Shown piece by piece: positions 21,763 to 31,120 of a stretch of 64,000 nucleotides of DNA (position 1 is the first letter of the stretch; the number at the start of each line of letters is the position of its first letter). The stretch spans positions 1 to 64,000 of the forward strand of contig JANLSU010000051.1 of NCBI GenBank assembly GCA_031362565.1, given 5' to 3'. The notes below the pieces were generated by a model. That model was not told the origin of the DNA, did no database searches, and was given only the letters and a program-made list of their open reading frames with translations. The stretch is from a bacterium (GTDB taxonomy: Bacteria; Krumholzibacteriota; Krumholzibacteriia; G020349025). Position numbers and translations under genes: made by a program.

Positions 21763-23394
21763 ATGAAACCGATTCTCGACATCGCACGCACGCTCGAACT
21801 CGATCCCGCGCTCCTCGAGCCATACGGCAACTACAAAGCCAAGGTCGCGCTTCGGGCCCTCGATGCACGCGTGCCGCGCGGCCGGCTGATACTCGTTTCG
21901 GCTATCACGCCAACGCCGGCCGGCGAGGGCAAGACGACGACTTCCATCGGGCTCGCACAGGGATTGGCGCGCATCGGTGTGCGCGCCGCGGCGGCGCTCC
22001 GCGAGCCCTCGCTGGGGCCCTATCTGGGGATGAAGGGTGGCGGCTCGGGCGGCGGCATGTCGCAGGTGGTGCCGGCAGATGACATCAATTTGCACTTCAC
22101 CGGCGACATCCATGCGGTCGGCAGCGCCCACAATCTCTTGGCGGCCATGCTCGACAACCACCTGCATCATGGCAATGCGCTCGCCATCGATTCGCGGCGC
22201 GTGCAGTGGCGCCGGTCGCTGGACATGAACGACCGGGCGCTCCGCGACATGGTGATCGGCTTGGGCGGGCACCGCGAAGGCGTGCCGCGCGAAACCGGTT
22301 TCGACATCACGGCCGCCAGCGAGGTCATGGCGATTCTGTGCCTGGCGCGCGACGTCCACGATCTCAAGGAACGCCTGGCGCGCATCGTCGTCGGGTTCCG
22401 GCCGGACGGCAGCGCCGTCAAAGCGGCTGATCTGCATGCGGTCGGCGCCATGGCGGCGCTCTTGCGCGATGCGATCAAGCCCAATCTGGTGCAAACACTG
22501 GAGGGTGTACCGGCCTTCGTGCACGGCGGACCGTTCGCGAACATTGCCCACGGCACGAATTCGGTGAACGCCACCCGCATGGCGTTGGCCTACGCCGATG
22601 CCGTGGTGACCGAGGCCGGCTTCGCGTTCGAACTGGGTGCCGAGAAGTTTTTCGACATCAACTGCCGGTACGGTGGTTTTGCGCCAAATTGCACGGTGCT
22701 CGTCGCCACCGTGCGCGCCCTCAAGATGCATGGCGGCCTGCCGCTCAAGCGGATTGCCGAGCCCGATGCCGGGGCCGTCGAGCGCGGCCTCGAGAATCTC
22801 GAGAAGCACATCGAGAACATCCGCAAGTTCCAACAATCGTGCGTCGTTTCGATCAATCACTTCCCCAACGATACGGCGGACGAAATTCGCGCCGTCGAAG
22901 AGGGCTGCAAACGCTTCGGCGTGCCGGCGGTGCTGGCGAAGCCGTTCTCGGAGGGCGGCGCGGGGTGCACGGCGCTCGCCGAAACCGTCTGGGCGGTGGC
23001 CAAAGCCAATCCGCCGCGCTTCCGTCCGCTCTACGAGTGGGGCGCGTCCATCGAAGAGAAGATTCACGCCATTGCGCATGAGATGTACGGTGCCGAGGCG
23101 GTCGACTATTCGTTGCGGGCGCGACGCGACCGCACTCAGCTCGAAAAACTCGGCTACGACAATCTGCCGGTGTGTGTCGCCAAGACGCAGCAGTCGTTGT
23201 CCGATAATCCGGCGCTCCTCGGCCGTCCGAAGGATTTCCTGGTGACGGTACGTGAAATCCAACTCGCGGCCGGCGCCGGATTCATCATCCCGATCACCGG
23301 CGAGATCCTCCGCATGCCGGGCCTGCCCGCCCAGCCACTTGCCGAACGATTCGATCTCACCGACGACGGCGAGATCGCGTTCCGCGACGCGTGA
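21763..23394 (+). CDS. fhs: Formate--tetrahydrofolate ligase
   Basis: 'MKPILDIARTLELDP...LVSAITPTPAGEGKTTTSIGLAQGL' is the canonical FTHFS N-terminus and P-loop. 543 aa. Confidence 0.9.
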   Translation: MKPILDIARTLELDPALLEPYGNYKAKVALRALDARVPRGRLILVSAITPTPAGEGKTTTSIGLAQGLARIGVRAAAALREPSLGPYLGMKGGGSGGGMSQVVPADDINLHFTGDIHAVGSAHNLLAAMLDNHLHHGNALAIDSRRVQWRRSLDMNDRALRDMVIGLGGHREGVPRETGFDITAASEVMAILCLARDVHDLKERLARIVVGFRPDGSAVKAADLHAVGAMAALLRDAIKPNLVQTLEGVPAFVHGGPFANIAHGTNSVNATRMALAYADAVVTEAGFAFELGAEKFFDINCRYGGFAPNCTVLVATVRALKMHGGLPLKRIAEPDAGAVERGLENLEKHIENIRKFQQSCVVSINHFPNDTADEIRAVEEGCKRFGVPAVLAKPFSEGGAGCTALAETVWAVAKANPPRFRPLYEWGASIEEKIHAIAHEMYGAEAVDYSLRARRDRTQLEKLGYDNLPVCVAKTQQSLSDNPALLGRPKDFLVTVREIQLAAGAGFIIPITGEILRMPGLPAQPLAERFDLTDDGEIAFRDA

Positions 23395-24365
23395 CGGCGC
23401 GCCGTCGCACCGCCGCAGGGCTCGATGCGCCCACAACGCCGGGCCTCTATCAGGATCCGCTGGTCTACGATGTGCTTTCGTCGCCCGGCACCGCGCTCGA
23501 AGTCGATGGACTCGAGCGCATCGCCCGGCTCTGGGTGCGGTCGCGCGGTGCACGGCGTGATTGGCTCGAACCCGGCTGCGGCTCGGGGCGGTATTTGCGC
23601 ATTCTCGCGCGCCGCGGCCATCGGGTCACGGGCTTCGACCACAGCGCCACAATGATCGAGTACGCACGCCGCCGGGCACCGGCGGCGCGCCTCTTCGTGG
23701 CTGATTTCAGCGATTTCGCGGCCCGTTGCGGCAAACAACGCTACGACTTCGCGTTCAATCTCTTCAATTCGATCCGGCATCTCGAATCCGATGCGGCGGT
23801 TGTCGCGCACTTTGCCGGCATGGCGCAAGTGCTGCGTCCCGGCGGCTTGTACGCGGTGGGACTCTCGTTCACCGACTACGGGCACGAACCCATGGACGAG
23901 GACATTTGGGAGGGGCGGCGTGGCGGGCTCCGCGTGCGGCAAGTCGTCCAGTACTTGCCGCCGGGGACTTGGCCCGCTGCTGCCGGCCGGACACGGCGTT
24001 TCGAACGCGTCGTGAGCCACCTCGCGGTAGAGCGCGGCGCCACAGCATCGCACTTCGACAGTGTCTACGACCTGCGGACCTACGATGCGGTGGAGTGGCG
24101 GCGGCTCGTGGCGCGTTCGGCGCTCTCGACAGTGGCAACGGCAACCTGGAACGGGGATCGGGTGGACGAACGCGTCACACCGTACGCCGTCGAATTGCTG
24201 GGGCGGCGTCAAGACGCGGCGCTGCACTCACATCCGGCCCACGCTCAATCGCGCCCCGCCAAAAGGCCCGCAAAAGACGCCAGGCCCAAAGCGACGAGGC
24301 CGCCGGTCGTCGCACCCGTCATCGCGCCGTGCACGCGCGCCGCCGTCGCATTCTGTTCGCTGTAG
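23391..24365 (+). CDS. Class I SAM-dependent methyltransferase
   Basis: Motif I is 'WLEPGCGSGRYL'. The GTG start overlaps the fhs stop (GTGA). The 3' end may be shorter than listed: the last ~120 nt overlap the convergent gene and are Arg/Pro-rich. Confidence 0.6.
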   Translation: MTARRRTAAGLDAPTTPGLYQDPLVYDVLSSPGTALEVDGLERIARLWVRSRGARRDWLEPGCGSGRYLRILARRGHRVTGFDHSATMIEYARRRAPAARLFVADFSDFAARCGKQRYDFAFNLFNSIRHLESDAAVVAHFAGMAQVLRPGGLYAVGLSFTDYGHEPMDEDIWEGRRGGLRVRQVVQYLPPGTWPAAAGRTRRFERVVSHLAVERGATASHFDSVYDLRTYDAVEWRRLVARSALSTVATATWNGDRVDERVTPYAVELLGRRQDAALHSHPAHAQSRPAKRPAKDARPKATRPPVVAPVIAPCTRAAVAFCSL

Positions 24366-24970
24366 AAGCGGTCCACGTCGAGGCGATCCATGACGAGCCG
24401 CGCCGGAAGTGCCGGATCGATCGTTTGGCGCTCCGCTTCGGCGGCTTGCAATTCACGCACGATCTTGTCGACCTGATGCGCGTCGAGGGTCGAGACCGCG
24501 GCGCCGCAAAAGGTGCAGGTCGAGCCGCGGGCCAGATCGATGGGCGCTCCACAGCCGTCACAGTGGATCGTTTGCACGTTCTCGCGCAGTTTGGCGAGCT
24601 CGGCGGGCGCCAAAGGCCGCACGAAGCTTTTCTCGCGCAGAAACTCGATGAAGTTGGTGAGCCGGCCGTGACGCGCGGCGCAACTCCAGTAGGTGAAGCG
24701 TACGTTGCGTTGCACGTCGTGAGTCTCGCTGAGCGCGGCGCGGCAGCGCGGGCAGGCGGGCGATGTGAGTACGCCCGGCTGGCGTTCCGCCTGATGTTCG
24801 TGGATCAAAGTGAACAGGCGCAGCACCGCCCCCGGCGCGAGCGCCACGCTCTCATGCGCATCGAACCAGATCACCGCGCAGCCAAAGCACAGGTCGAGCG
24901 CCACGGTGCGGCCATAGTGGCCGTCGAATACCTCGGAGTGCGTCGGCTGGCTGCAGACGGGGCATTGCAT
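24245..24970 (-). CDS. Zinc-ribbon (TFIIB-type zf) membrane-anchored protein, YdjG-like
   Basis: Multiple CxxC pairs (CPVC, CPRC, CDGC, CTFC) and a C-terminal hydrophobic anchor are present. The gene lies 4 nt downstream of the SPFH gene. Confidence 0.5.
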   Translation of the reverse strand: MQCPVCSQPTHSEVFDGHYGRTVALDLCFGCAVIWFDAHESVALAPGAVLRLFTLIHEHQAERQPGVLTSPACPRCRAALSETHDVQRNVRFTYWSCAARHGRLTNFIEFLREKSFVRPLAPAELAKLRENVQTIHCDGCGAPIDLARGSTCTFCGAAVSTLDAHQVDKIVRELQAAEAERQTIDPALPARLVMDRLDVDRFYSEQNATAARVHGAMTGATTGGLVALGLASFAGLLAGRD

Positions 24971-24973
24971 GGT

Positions 24974-25978
24974 TCAGCCGAGCTGCGTGCCGCAGTCGGG
25001 GCAGAATCGCGTCCGCTGCTCCAGGCGTGCTTGGCAACGGCCGCAGACGACTGTTTCAGACACAATGCTCGGCGCTGCAGCTGAAGGCGGAGCGTCGGCG
25101 GCTGCCGGGACCGGTTTCTGAGATCTTGTCACGGCGGTTGTCATAGTTTGCCCCAGCGCCACGCCGGCGCCGATTCCAACCGCTGCACCCGCCACCCCGC
25201 CGGGGTTCGCCGCCGCGATCGGAATCGCGCGTGCCGCTTGGTACTGCGTGTAGCGCTCGAGGTCGCCCACCATGCCCATACTGATGCGCTCGTCGAGCCG
25301 CTGCTGCAGTTCCTCGGGCAGCGACAAGCTCTGGATCTGGACGCTTTCCAGCTCGAGACCGAGCGTTTCGAACTGCGACCGCGCATGATCGCGGACACCG
25401 GCTGCAAGCGCGGTTTGCTGCGACGCCATGTCGATGAACGGCACACCGCTCGTCCCCATGTGCTGAGCCAGCGAACTGCCGAGTGCGGCGCGCAGCGGCC
25501 CCTCCAACTCCGCCAGCAAATAGCTCGGGCGTGTTCCGGAGGTCTGGAGGAAAAACCGCACCGCGTTGGTGATCCGGAAGCTGTAGACGCCGAAGGCCCG
25601 GACGCGCACGGCGCCAAATTCCTTATCACGCACCGTCACTGGTTGCGGCGTGCCCCACGTCTGGCCTAAGCGCAAGCGCGTGGAGAAAAAGTAGACCTCG
25701 CTCTTGAAAGGCGATTCGAATTTCTTGTCCCAGTGGCGCAGGTCCGAAAGGACCGGCAAGTTGCGTGTATGGAGGCGATACTGTCCGGGGCCGAAGCGAT
25801 CCGCAACCCGGCCCTGGTCCACGAAAAGCGCCACCTGCGACTCGCGCACCGTGAGTTCGGCGCCCTGCTGAATCTCCATGTCGGCCGTCGGGAAACGCCA
25901 TGCGAGCACGTCGTCGGTCGCCTCGGTCCACTGAATGATGTCGAGGAACTGCTTCTGGATGAAGTCGCCGAGTCCCAT
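24974..25978 (-). CDS. SPFH/band-7 domain protein (YdjI/virion-core-like) with C-terminal zinc ribbon
   Basis: An RBS GGAGG lies 5 nt before the ATG. The SPFH-like N-terminus is 'MGLGDFIQKQFLDIIQW'. A Gly/Ala-rich linker is followed by the C-terminal 'CGRCQARLEQRTRFCPDCG'. Confidence 0.55.
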   Translation of the reverse strand: MGLGDFIQKQFLDIIQWTEATDDVLAWRFPTADMEIQQGAELTVRESQVALFVDQGRVADRFGPGQYRLHTRNLPVLSDLRHWDKKFESPFKSEVYFFSTRLRLGQTWGTPQPVTVRDKEFGAVRVRAFGVYSFRITNAVRFFLQTSGTRPSYLLAELEGPLRAALGSSLAQHMGTSGVPFIDMASQQTALAAGVRDHARSQFETLGLELESVQIQSLSLPEELQQRLDERISMGMVGDLERYTQYQAARAIPIAAANPGGVAGAAVGIGAGVALGQTMTTAVTRSQKPVPAAADAPPSAAAPSIVSETVVCGRCQARLEQRTRFCPDCGTQLG

Positions 25979-26121
25979 GAACGCCTCCCTGGCAGCGATT
26001 CTGCGCCTACACGGGCCTTCTCACCCGCTTTTTGCCAATCGTGCAATCTCGATGCCACGCGCCGGCGCCGCACAATTTGCCCGGCTTGCGCTCCGGGGCT
26101 CGGTGCGGTCAGAGTCCAGAG

Positions 26122-27096
26122 ATGCGCATCGGCTCCATCCAGATCGAACGCGGCCTGCTCCTCGCCCCCATGGAGGATGTGACCGACCTGCCATTCCGGC
26201 TGCTCTGCAAGCGCCTTGGAGCCGACATCGTCTACACCGAGTTCGTGAAGACCGAGGAACTGGTGCGCGATATCCGCTCGGTGCGCCGCAAACTGCTCTT
26301 CGACGAGTCGGAGCGGCCGCTCGGCATTCAACTCTACGGCGGCGATCCGGGCACCATGGCCGAAGCCGCCCGGCGCGCCGAGGCATTGGGGCCCGATCTC
26401 ATCGACCTCAATTGCGGCTGTTGGGTGAAAGACGTCACGCGCCACGGTGCGGGCGCCGCACTCTTGCGCGACTTGGGACGCTTGGAAGAAGTGCTGACGA
26501 CGGTCGTGAACGCGGTCGGGATTCCGGTCACGCTCAAGACACGGCTGGGTTGGGATGCGTCCAGTATCCGCATCGTCGAGGTGGCGCGCCTCGCCGAACG
26601 GGTTGGAATCCGCGCCATTACCGTGCACTGCCGCACCCGGGATCAAGGGCATGCGGGCCCGGTCGACTACAGTTGGATTCCCAAGATCAAAGCTGCGGTG
26701 TCCATTCCGGTCATCGTCAACGGTGATATCGCCACCCCACAGGTGGCCCGGCAGGTGTTCGAGACGACGGGTTGCGACGCCGTCATGATCGGCCGCGCCG
26801 CGGTGCGCAACCCGTGGATTTTCCAGCAAACGCGCGCCTATCTCGAAACCGGCCGGGTGCCGGCCCCGCCGGGACCCGAGGAACGCGTCGCACTGTTCCG
26901 CGAGCACCTGGCGCTTGCAACCGAGCATCTCGGCGAACGCGAGGCGGTGCACGAACTGCGCAAGCACTACGCCATCGTTCTGACCGGAATGCCGCACGTC
27001 AACGAGGTGCGCGACGCACTGCGCCGCGCCGAGAGCCCGGGCCAAGTTCTCGAGCACCTCGAGCGCTTCTGCGATCTGTACTCCGTCCCGGCCTGA
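26122..27096 (+). CDS. dus: tRNA-dihydrouridine synthase
   Basis: 'LLLAPMEDVTDLPFRLLCKRLGADIVYTEFV...IDLNCGC...' shows the TIM-barrel Dus motifs. The internal ATG was chosen over the Arg-rich N-terminal extension. Confidence 0.8.
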   Translation: MRIGSIQIERGLLLAPMEDVTDLPFRLLCKRLGADIVYTEFVKTEELVRDIRSVRRKLLFDESERPLGIQLYGGDPGTMAEAARRAEALGPDLIDLNCGCWVKDVTRHGAGAALLRDLGRLEEVLTTVVNAVGIPVTLKTRLGWDASSIRIVEVARLAERVGIRAITVHCRTRDQGHAGPVDYSWIPKIKAAVSIPVIVNGDIATPQVARQVFETTGCDAVMIGRAAVRNPWIFQQTRAYLETGRVPAPPGPEERVALFREHLALATEHLGEREAVHELRKHYAIVLTGMPHVNEVRDALRRAESPGQVLEHLERFCDLYSVPA

Positions 27097-27150
27097 TCCC
27101 GATGCCGCGCGGATGCCTCGCCGTGGCGTAACACCCGCGCCGCCTTGGAT

Positions 27151-27558
27151 TCAGTCGTCGTGGTGGCGGCGATCGTCGTGATGGTGGCCGTCGTCGTCGT
27201 CGTCATCGTGGCCGTGATGCCCGCGACGGCGTGACTCGACCGCATACGACTTGAGCACGCCGTTGCGGCGATCGACGCGGGCCCGAATGCCCACCCGCTC
27301 GCCGCACGAATCCGTGCCGCTCAGGTCGACGCGCCACTCGTTCTTGTGGCGCTTGACTTCGTCGACACGCACCCGCACGACGCGCTGGCGTCCGGCTTCC
27401 GTGACGACGATATGCACCGCTTCTTCCCGGCCGACGTCGACGCGGACATGCGCGGGAACCGGCATCGGGGCCGGCGCATCGTCGCGCGACTGCAATACGA
27501 GCGTCCCGCCGCATCCGGTCATGCAGGCAACGACCAACAAGGCACAGGCGAGCTTCAT
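27151..27558 (-). CDS. Small lipoprotein with His/Asp-rich C-terminal tail (putative metal-binding)
   Basis: An RBS AGGAG lies 6 nt before the ATG. The lipobox is 'LLVVACMTGCGG'. The C-terminus is 'RRRGHHGHDDDDDDGHHHDDRRHHDD'. Confidence 0.5.
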   Translation of the reverse strand: MKLACALLVVACMTGCGGTLVLQSRDDAPAPMPVPAHVRVDVGREEAVHIVVTEAGRQRVVRVRVDEVKRHKNEWRVDLSGTDSCGERVGIRARVDRRNGVLKSYAVESRRRGHHGHDDDDDDGHHHDDRRHHDD

Positions 27559-27661
27559 GGCGGCTCCTCTCTCGAGTACGGGCTTTCCACCCGTCCAGAG
27601 TGCGAGGTACGTGCCACGATTGAGTTGTGTGGACGGCACCACGCGCCATCATGCGGCGCGA

Positions 27662-29776
27662 TCAGCGCGCTTCGTCCAAGAGCCGGCAACCCTCGAAGAG
27701 CATTGAATCGGTGGGCTCGGACACGTTGTCCGGGGGAAACGATTTCACGGGCGAGGTTGCGAATGCTCCCTGATCGCGCCAGCGGATGATGCGGTAGATG
27801 GCGTCGGCACCCTGCGCCGGCCCGCATGCCGCGTGCACGATCTGGCCGTGGCGCATGAAGAAGCTGGCCGACTCGCCGCTCGCGCTCTGCAATTGAACTC
27901 GCACCGTACGTTGGCTGCCGGAGAGCGCTTGCACGAGATCGATGAAGGGCAGTTCCTGCAGGGTGCCGCGGAAGCCGCGTTCGGAGCGCCCACCCGGGCG
28001 GCCACGCATTTCGAGTGCCTTGCCGATGCGCGTCACGAGCACGTTGTAGTTGAACGGCGGCACGTACGCATCGTCGAAGCCGGCATCGAGCAGCTCCATG
28101 ACGAGCGCCGGACCGGCTTGCGCCGAGAAGGCGTAGGCGAGCGCCGAGGTGTTGTCCTTGACGAACCGGCACAGCTCGGTGGCGCGCGCCGCGTGGCGCT
28201 CGTGATTGACGAGCACCACGGCCGGTGTGATGCGGCTCACGAGCCGGCGTGCTTCATCGATGTCGTCGACTTCGACAACGCGATAGCCGCCGTAACGCAG
28301 GTGCACCCCGAGCTGCTTTGCGACTTCGTTTCCTGAACCGACCAGCAAGACCGGATCGAGGCTCGCGGCGGTGTTGGAATCGGCACCCTGCTCGAGCAAT
28401 CGCAGGTATGTGTCGACGACTTCCGTCGCGGCGAGCCGCCCGACTTGGCGCCGCAATTCGATTTTGACGGCCTCGAGCGACACTTCCGCGCTGCGGAACG
28501 CCGCGAATCGATACCACACGAGCGCCAGGATCTGCGCCGCGAGCGAGACCTTGTGATTGCCGTCGCGCCGTACGTGCGCCACGTCGGTGAGGTACGCGAA
28601 CGATTCGAGACAGGCTTCGACATTCCACGGGAACTGTAAGGCTTGCGCGATCTCGAGCGAGCGTGCGAAGTCGGCGAAAGCGAAGGCGCTGGCATGCGTC
28701 ACCTCGCCGACGGCGGGACGCGGTGCCGGACCCCGCCCGGCGCGCGCGGCGTCCACTTCCTCCGCCGCCGGAACGAGCAAGTGGGCCGCGATCTGTAAAC
28801 CGTCGATCGCCAGGCGGCGGAATCCGAGCGCCGTGGCGAGATTGCGCAGGTCCTCGCAAACGTGGGCGTACGACGGCCGGTACGCGGAGCCGGATGCCGT
28901 GGCGCGCAGGTCCGCCATCTGCTGCAGGGATCGAATCAACGCCCCTGCGACGTCGCGGTACGGGGCTGGGTTTTCCAACAACGAGCCGCTGACGCTCGAA
29001 AACATGGACATCTCCACCCGTGGCGGCGCAAAGACGCCGGCGCGCCCCCATTCCTCGAACTGCGCCTCCATGTCCTTGGCGACCAACACGTGGTTGTAGT
29101 GGCCCTGCTGCAATGCGGTGGCGATTTGCTGCGGATCCGACATGAGGTCGAGTTCGACACCCTCACGCTCGAAGATGGCGACCAGGAAATTGCGCAAGAA
29201 CGCCGTGCGGCTCACCATCAAGACGCGCGGCGAAGGTTGCGCCGGTCCCGGCTCGGCAGGGCGCGCGGCGGCCTTGTTCGCCTCGTCGTCGAAGATCGCC
29301 GGCAACTCGATGATTTGGTCCACGAACAGCTCGTGGCCACGCGCATGGTAGTGCTCGGCGATCGCGCTCCGCACCAGCGCGTCGACCGCGATGTGCGGCT
29401 TGATGTCGGTACAGGCGCCTTTGCGGCGCGCGTGGTGCAGGGCGCCGGCGTTGCTCGGATCGGCCATCGCGACGTGCAGCGTTTGCGTGCCGGCGTCCCA
29501 TGCGAAGGGCAGCATCTGGTATTCGTCCACGACGTCGACCGGCAGGCGTTTCGTGACGTCCTCGGGAATCCGCCGGCCGTCGAGACACACACCCGGCACG
29601 CCGAACTGTTCGCCGAGGGCGCGCACCAGTTGTTCTTCGGTCACGAATCGGTAATACAGAAAATGCGACCCAAGGCGCCCGCCGCGCAGTTTCTGGCGGT
29701 CGAGCGCTCGTTGGACTTGGTCGGGGTTGAGGATGCCGTAGCGCTGAAGAATTTCAGCCAGTTTTTCGTGCTTCAT
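27662..29776 (-). CDS. Multidomain regulator: T2SSE_N/MshEN-like N-terminus, two degenerate receiver-like domains, DUF4388 C-terminal domain
   Basis: The N-terminus is 'MKHEKLAEILQRYGILNPDQVQRALDRQ...RLGSHFLYYRFVTEEQLVRALGEQ'. The second half fits the MshEN c-di-GMP motif RLGxx(L/V/I)(L/V/I)xxG(L/V/I)(L/V/I)xxxxLxxxLxxQ. The receiver-like blocks are 'RVLMVSRTAF...HVLVAKDM' and 'VLLVGSGNEV...AVVLVNHE'. The C-terminal 'LQELPFIDLVQALSGSQRTVRV...IYRIIRWRDGAF' is DUF4388-like. Its start overlaps the pilT stop (ATGA). Confidence 0.55.
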   Translation of the reverse strand: MKHEKLAEILQRYGILNPDQVQRALDRQKLRGGRLGSHFLYYRFVTEEQLVRALGEQFGVPGVCLDGRRIPEDVTKRLPVDVVDEYQMLPFAWDAGTQTLHVAMADPSNAGALHHARRKGACTDIKPHIAVDALVRSAIAEHYHARGHELFVDQIIELPAIFDDEANKAAARPAEPGPAQPSPRVLMVSRTAFLRNFLVAIFEREGVELDLMSDPQQIATALQQGHYNHVLVAKDMEAQFEEWGRAGVFAPPRVEMSMFSSVSGSLLENPAPYRDVAGALIRSLQQMADLRATASGSAYRPSYAHVCEDLRNLATALGFRRLAIDGLQIAAHLLVPAAEEVDAARAGRGPAPRPAVGEVTHASAFAFADFARSLEIAQALQFPWNVEACLESFAYLTDVAHVRRDGNHKVSLAAQILALVWYRFAAFRSAEVSLEAVKIELRRQVGRLAATEVVDTYLRLLEQGADSNTAASLDPVLLVGSGNEVAKQLGVHLRYGGYRVVEVDDIDEARRLVSRITPAVVLVNHERHAARATELCRFVKDNTSALAYAFSAQAGPALVMELLDAGFDDAYVPPFNYNVLVTRIGKALEMRGRPGGRSERGFRGTLQELPFIDLVQALSGSQRTVRVQLQSASGESASFFMRHGQIVHAACGPAQGADAIYRIIRWRDQGAFATSPVKSFPPDNVSEPTDSMLFEGCRLLDEAR

Positions 29777-30867
29777 GCGCCCTGCTTGACCGGCGCCGGT
29801 CGTGGGCCCGCGGCCGGTGTCCCCGCCAAGAAGGCCTCGGGTTCCTCGGCGAACCGAGCCGCCTCTTCGTTGGTCACGAGATGTTGCTGCACCAGCTCGC
29901 GCAGGTGCTGGTCGAGCAACTGCATGCCTTCACGGCGGCTGGTCACCATGACGTTCTTGATGTGATGTGGCTTGCCCTCGCGGATGAGATTGGCGATGGC
30001 GTGGTTGCGAATCATGATCTCCAGCGCCGCGACACGTCCGTGCCCATCGGCGCGGCGCAGGAGCTGCTGTGAGCACACGCCAACCAGACATTCAGAGAGC
30101 GCCAAGCCGATTTGCGCCTGCTGGTCGGCCGGAAACACGTCGATAATGCGGCTCACGGTTTGGGGCGCCGATTTGGTGTGCAGCGTACCGAGCACCAGCA
30201 GCCCAACCTCCGCGGCCGTGAGCGCCAGGGCGATCGTCTCGTTGTCTCGCATCTCGCCGACGAGGATGACGTTCGGATCCTCCCGCAGCGCTGCCCGGAG
30301 CCCGCTCGCGAACGACTTGCTATGCTCGCCGATCTGCCTCTGGTTGATGAGACAGTTGCGGTTCGTGTGAATGAATTCGAGCGGATCCTCGAGCGTCAGG
30401 ATGTGGTAGTTCTTGTTGTCATTCAGGTGGTCGACCATCGCCGCGAGCGTCGTCGACTTGCCGGAATTCGCGGGGCCGGTGACTAGGATCAAGCCGCTCC
30501 GGCTCTCCAACATCCGCTTGAGAGTCGGCGGAAATCCCAGGCCGTCCAGGGTCGGAATCTTGTACGGAATGCTGCGGAACGCCGCCGCGAGGCCGGGGTG
30601 TTTGCGGAACACGTTGATCCGGAAGCGCGCCACGTCTGGAACCGTGTATGCGAAGTCCAGCTCGCCAAGCGCCTCGAAGCGCTCGATCTGGGCGTCGGTC
30701 AGCAGTTCGTAGAGGAGGACTTTGACTTCGTCGCCGCTCAGCGGCTTATGCTGGGTGCGTTCCAGAACCCCGTTGATGCGCAGCAGCGGCTCGGTGCCGT
30801 CGACCAGGTGCAGATCGGACGCACCATACTTCTGCATCACCTGCAGGAAGGCGTCGATGCGAGCCAT
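29773..30867 (-). CDS. pilT: Type IV pilus retraction ATPase PilT
   Basis: The N-terminus is 'MARIDAFLQVMQKYGASDLHL'. The Walker A is 'GPANSGKST'. Also present are 'LVGEMRD' and the PilT-specific 'AIANLIREGK' motif. The internal ATG was chosen; the listed 144-aa N-terminal extension is Arg-rich junk. Confidence 0.8.
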   Translation of the reverse strand: MARIDAFLQVMQKYGASDLHLVDGTEPLLRINGVLERTQHKPLSGDEVKVLLYELLTDAQIERFEALGELDFAYTVPDVARFRINVFRKHPGLAAAFRSIPYKIPTLDGLGFPPTLKRMLESRSGLILVTGPANSGKSTTLAAMVDHLNDNKNYHILTLEDPLEFIHTNRNCLINQRQIGEHSKSFASGLRAALREDPNVILVGEMRDNETIALALTAAEVGLLVLGTLHTKSAPQTVSRIIDVFPADQQAQIGLALSECLVGVCSQQLLRRADGHGRVAALEIMIRNHAIANLIREGKPHHIKNVMVTSRREGMQLLDQHLRELVQQHLVTNEEAARFAEEPEAFLAGTPAAGPRPAPVKQGA

Positions 30868-31120
30868 GCAAGCCGCCTGGACGAAGGGGTGACCTTGGAG
30901 ACGTGGCACCTCGGGTCCCACGCCGACTCCGGGGACGCAGTCTCGTTGCTTTGCACGGAGCGCGCCGAAGCGTATGAATCTGGAGAAGTCGCTGAATGCG
31001 GTCCTCGACCGCCTCCACCGAGGAGTCGGGGCATCATCCGCCCGGCTCGAGCGGACGTACTGGAAGCAAATGCGGCGATTCCTTTGCAGACAGAAGCCGG
31101 CCTCGAGTCGTTGTCCCGGC

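Noticed and set aside
21748-23553. 601-aa minus-strand ORF
   Set aside because: Antisense to the unmistakable fhs gene.
25666-27057. 463-aa minus-strand ORF
   Set aside because: Antisense to the dus gene.
28862-29965. 367-aa plus-strand ORF
   Set aside because: Antisense to the MshEN-like regulator and pilT.
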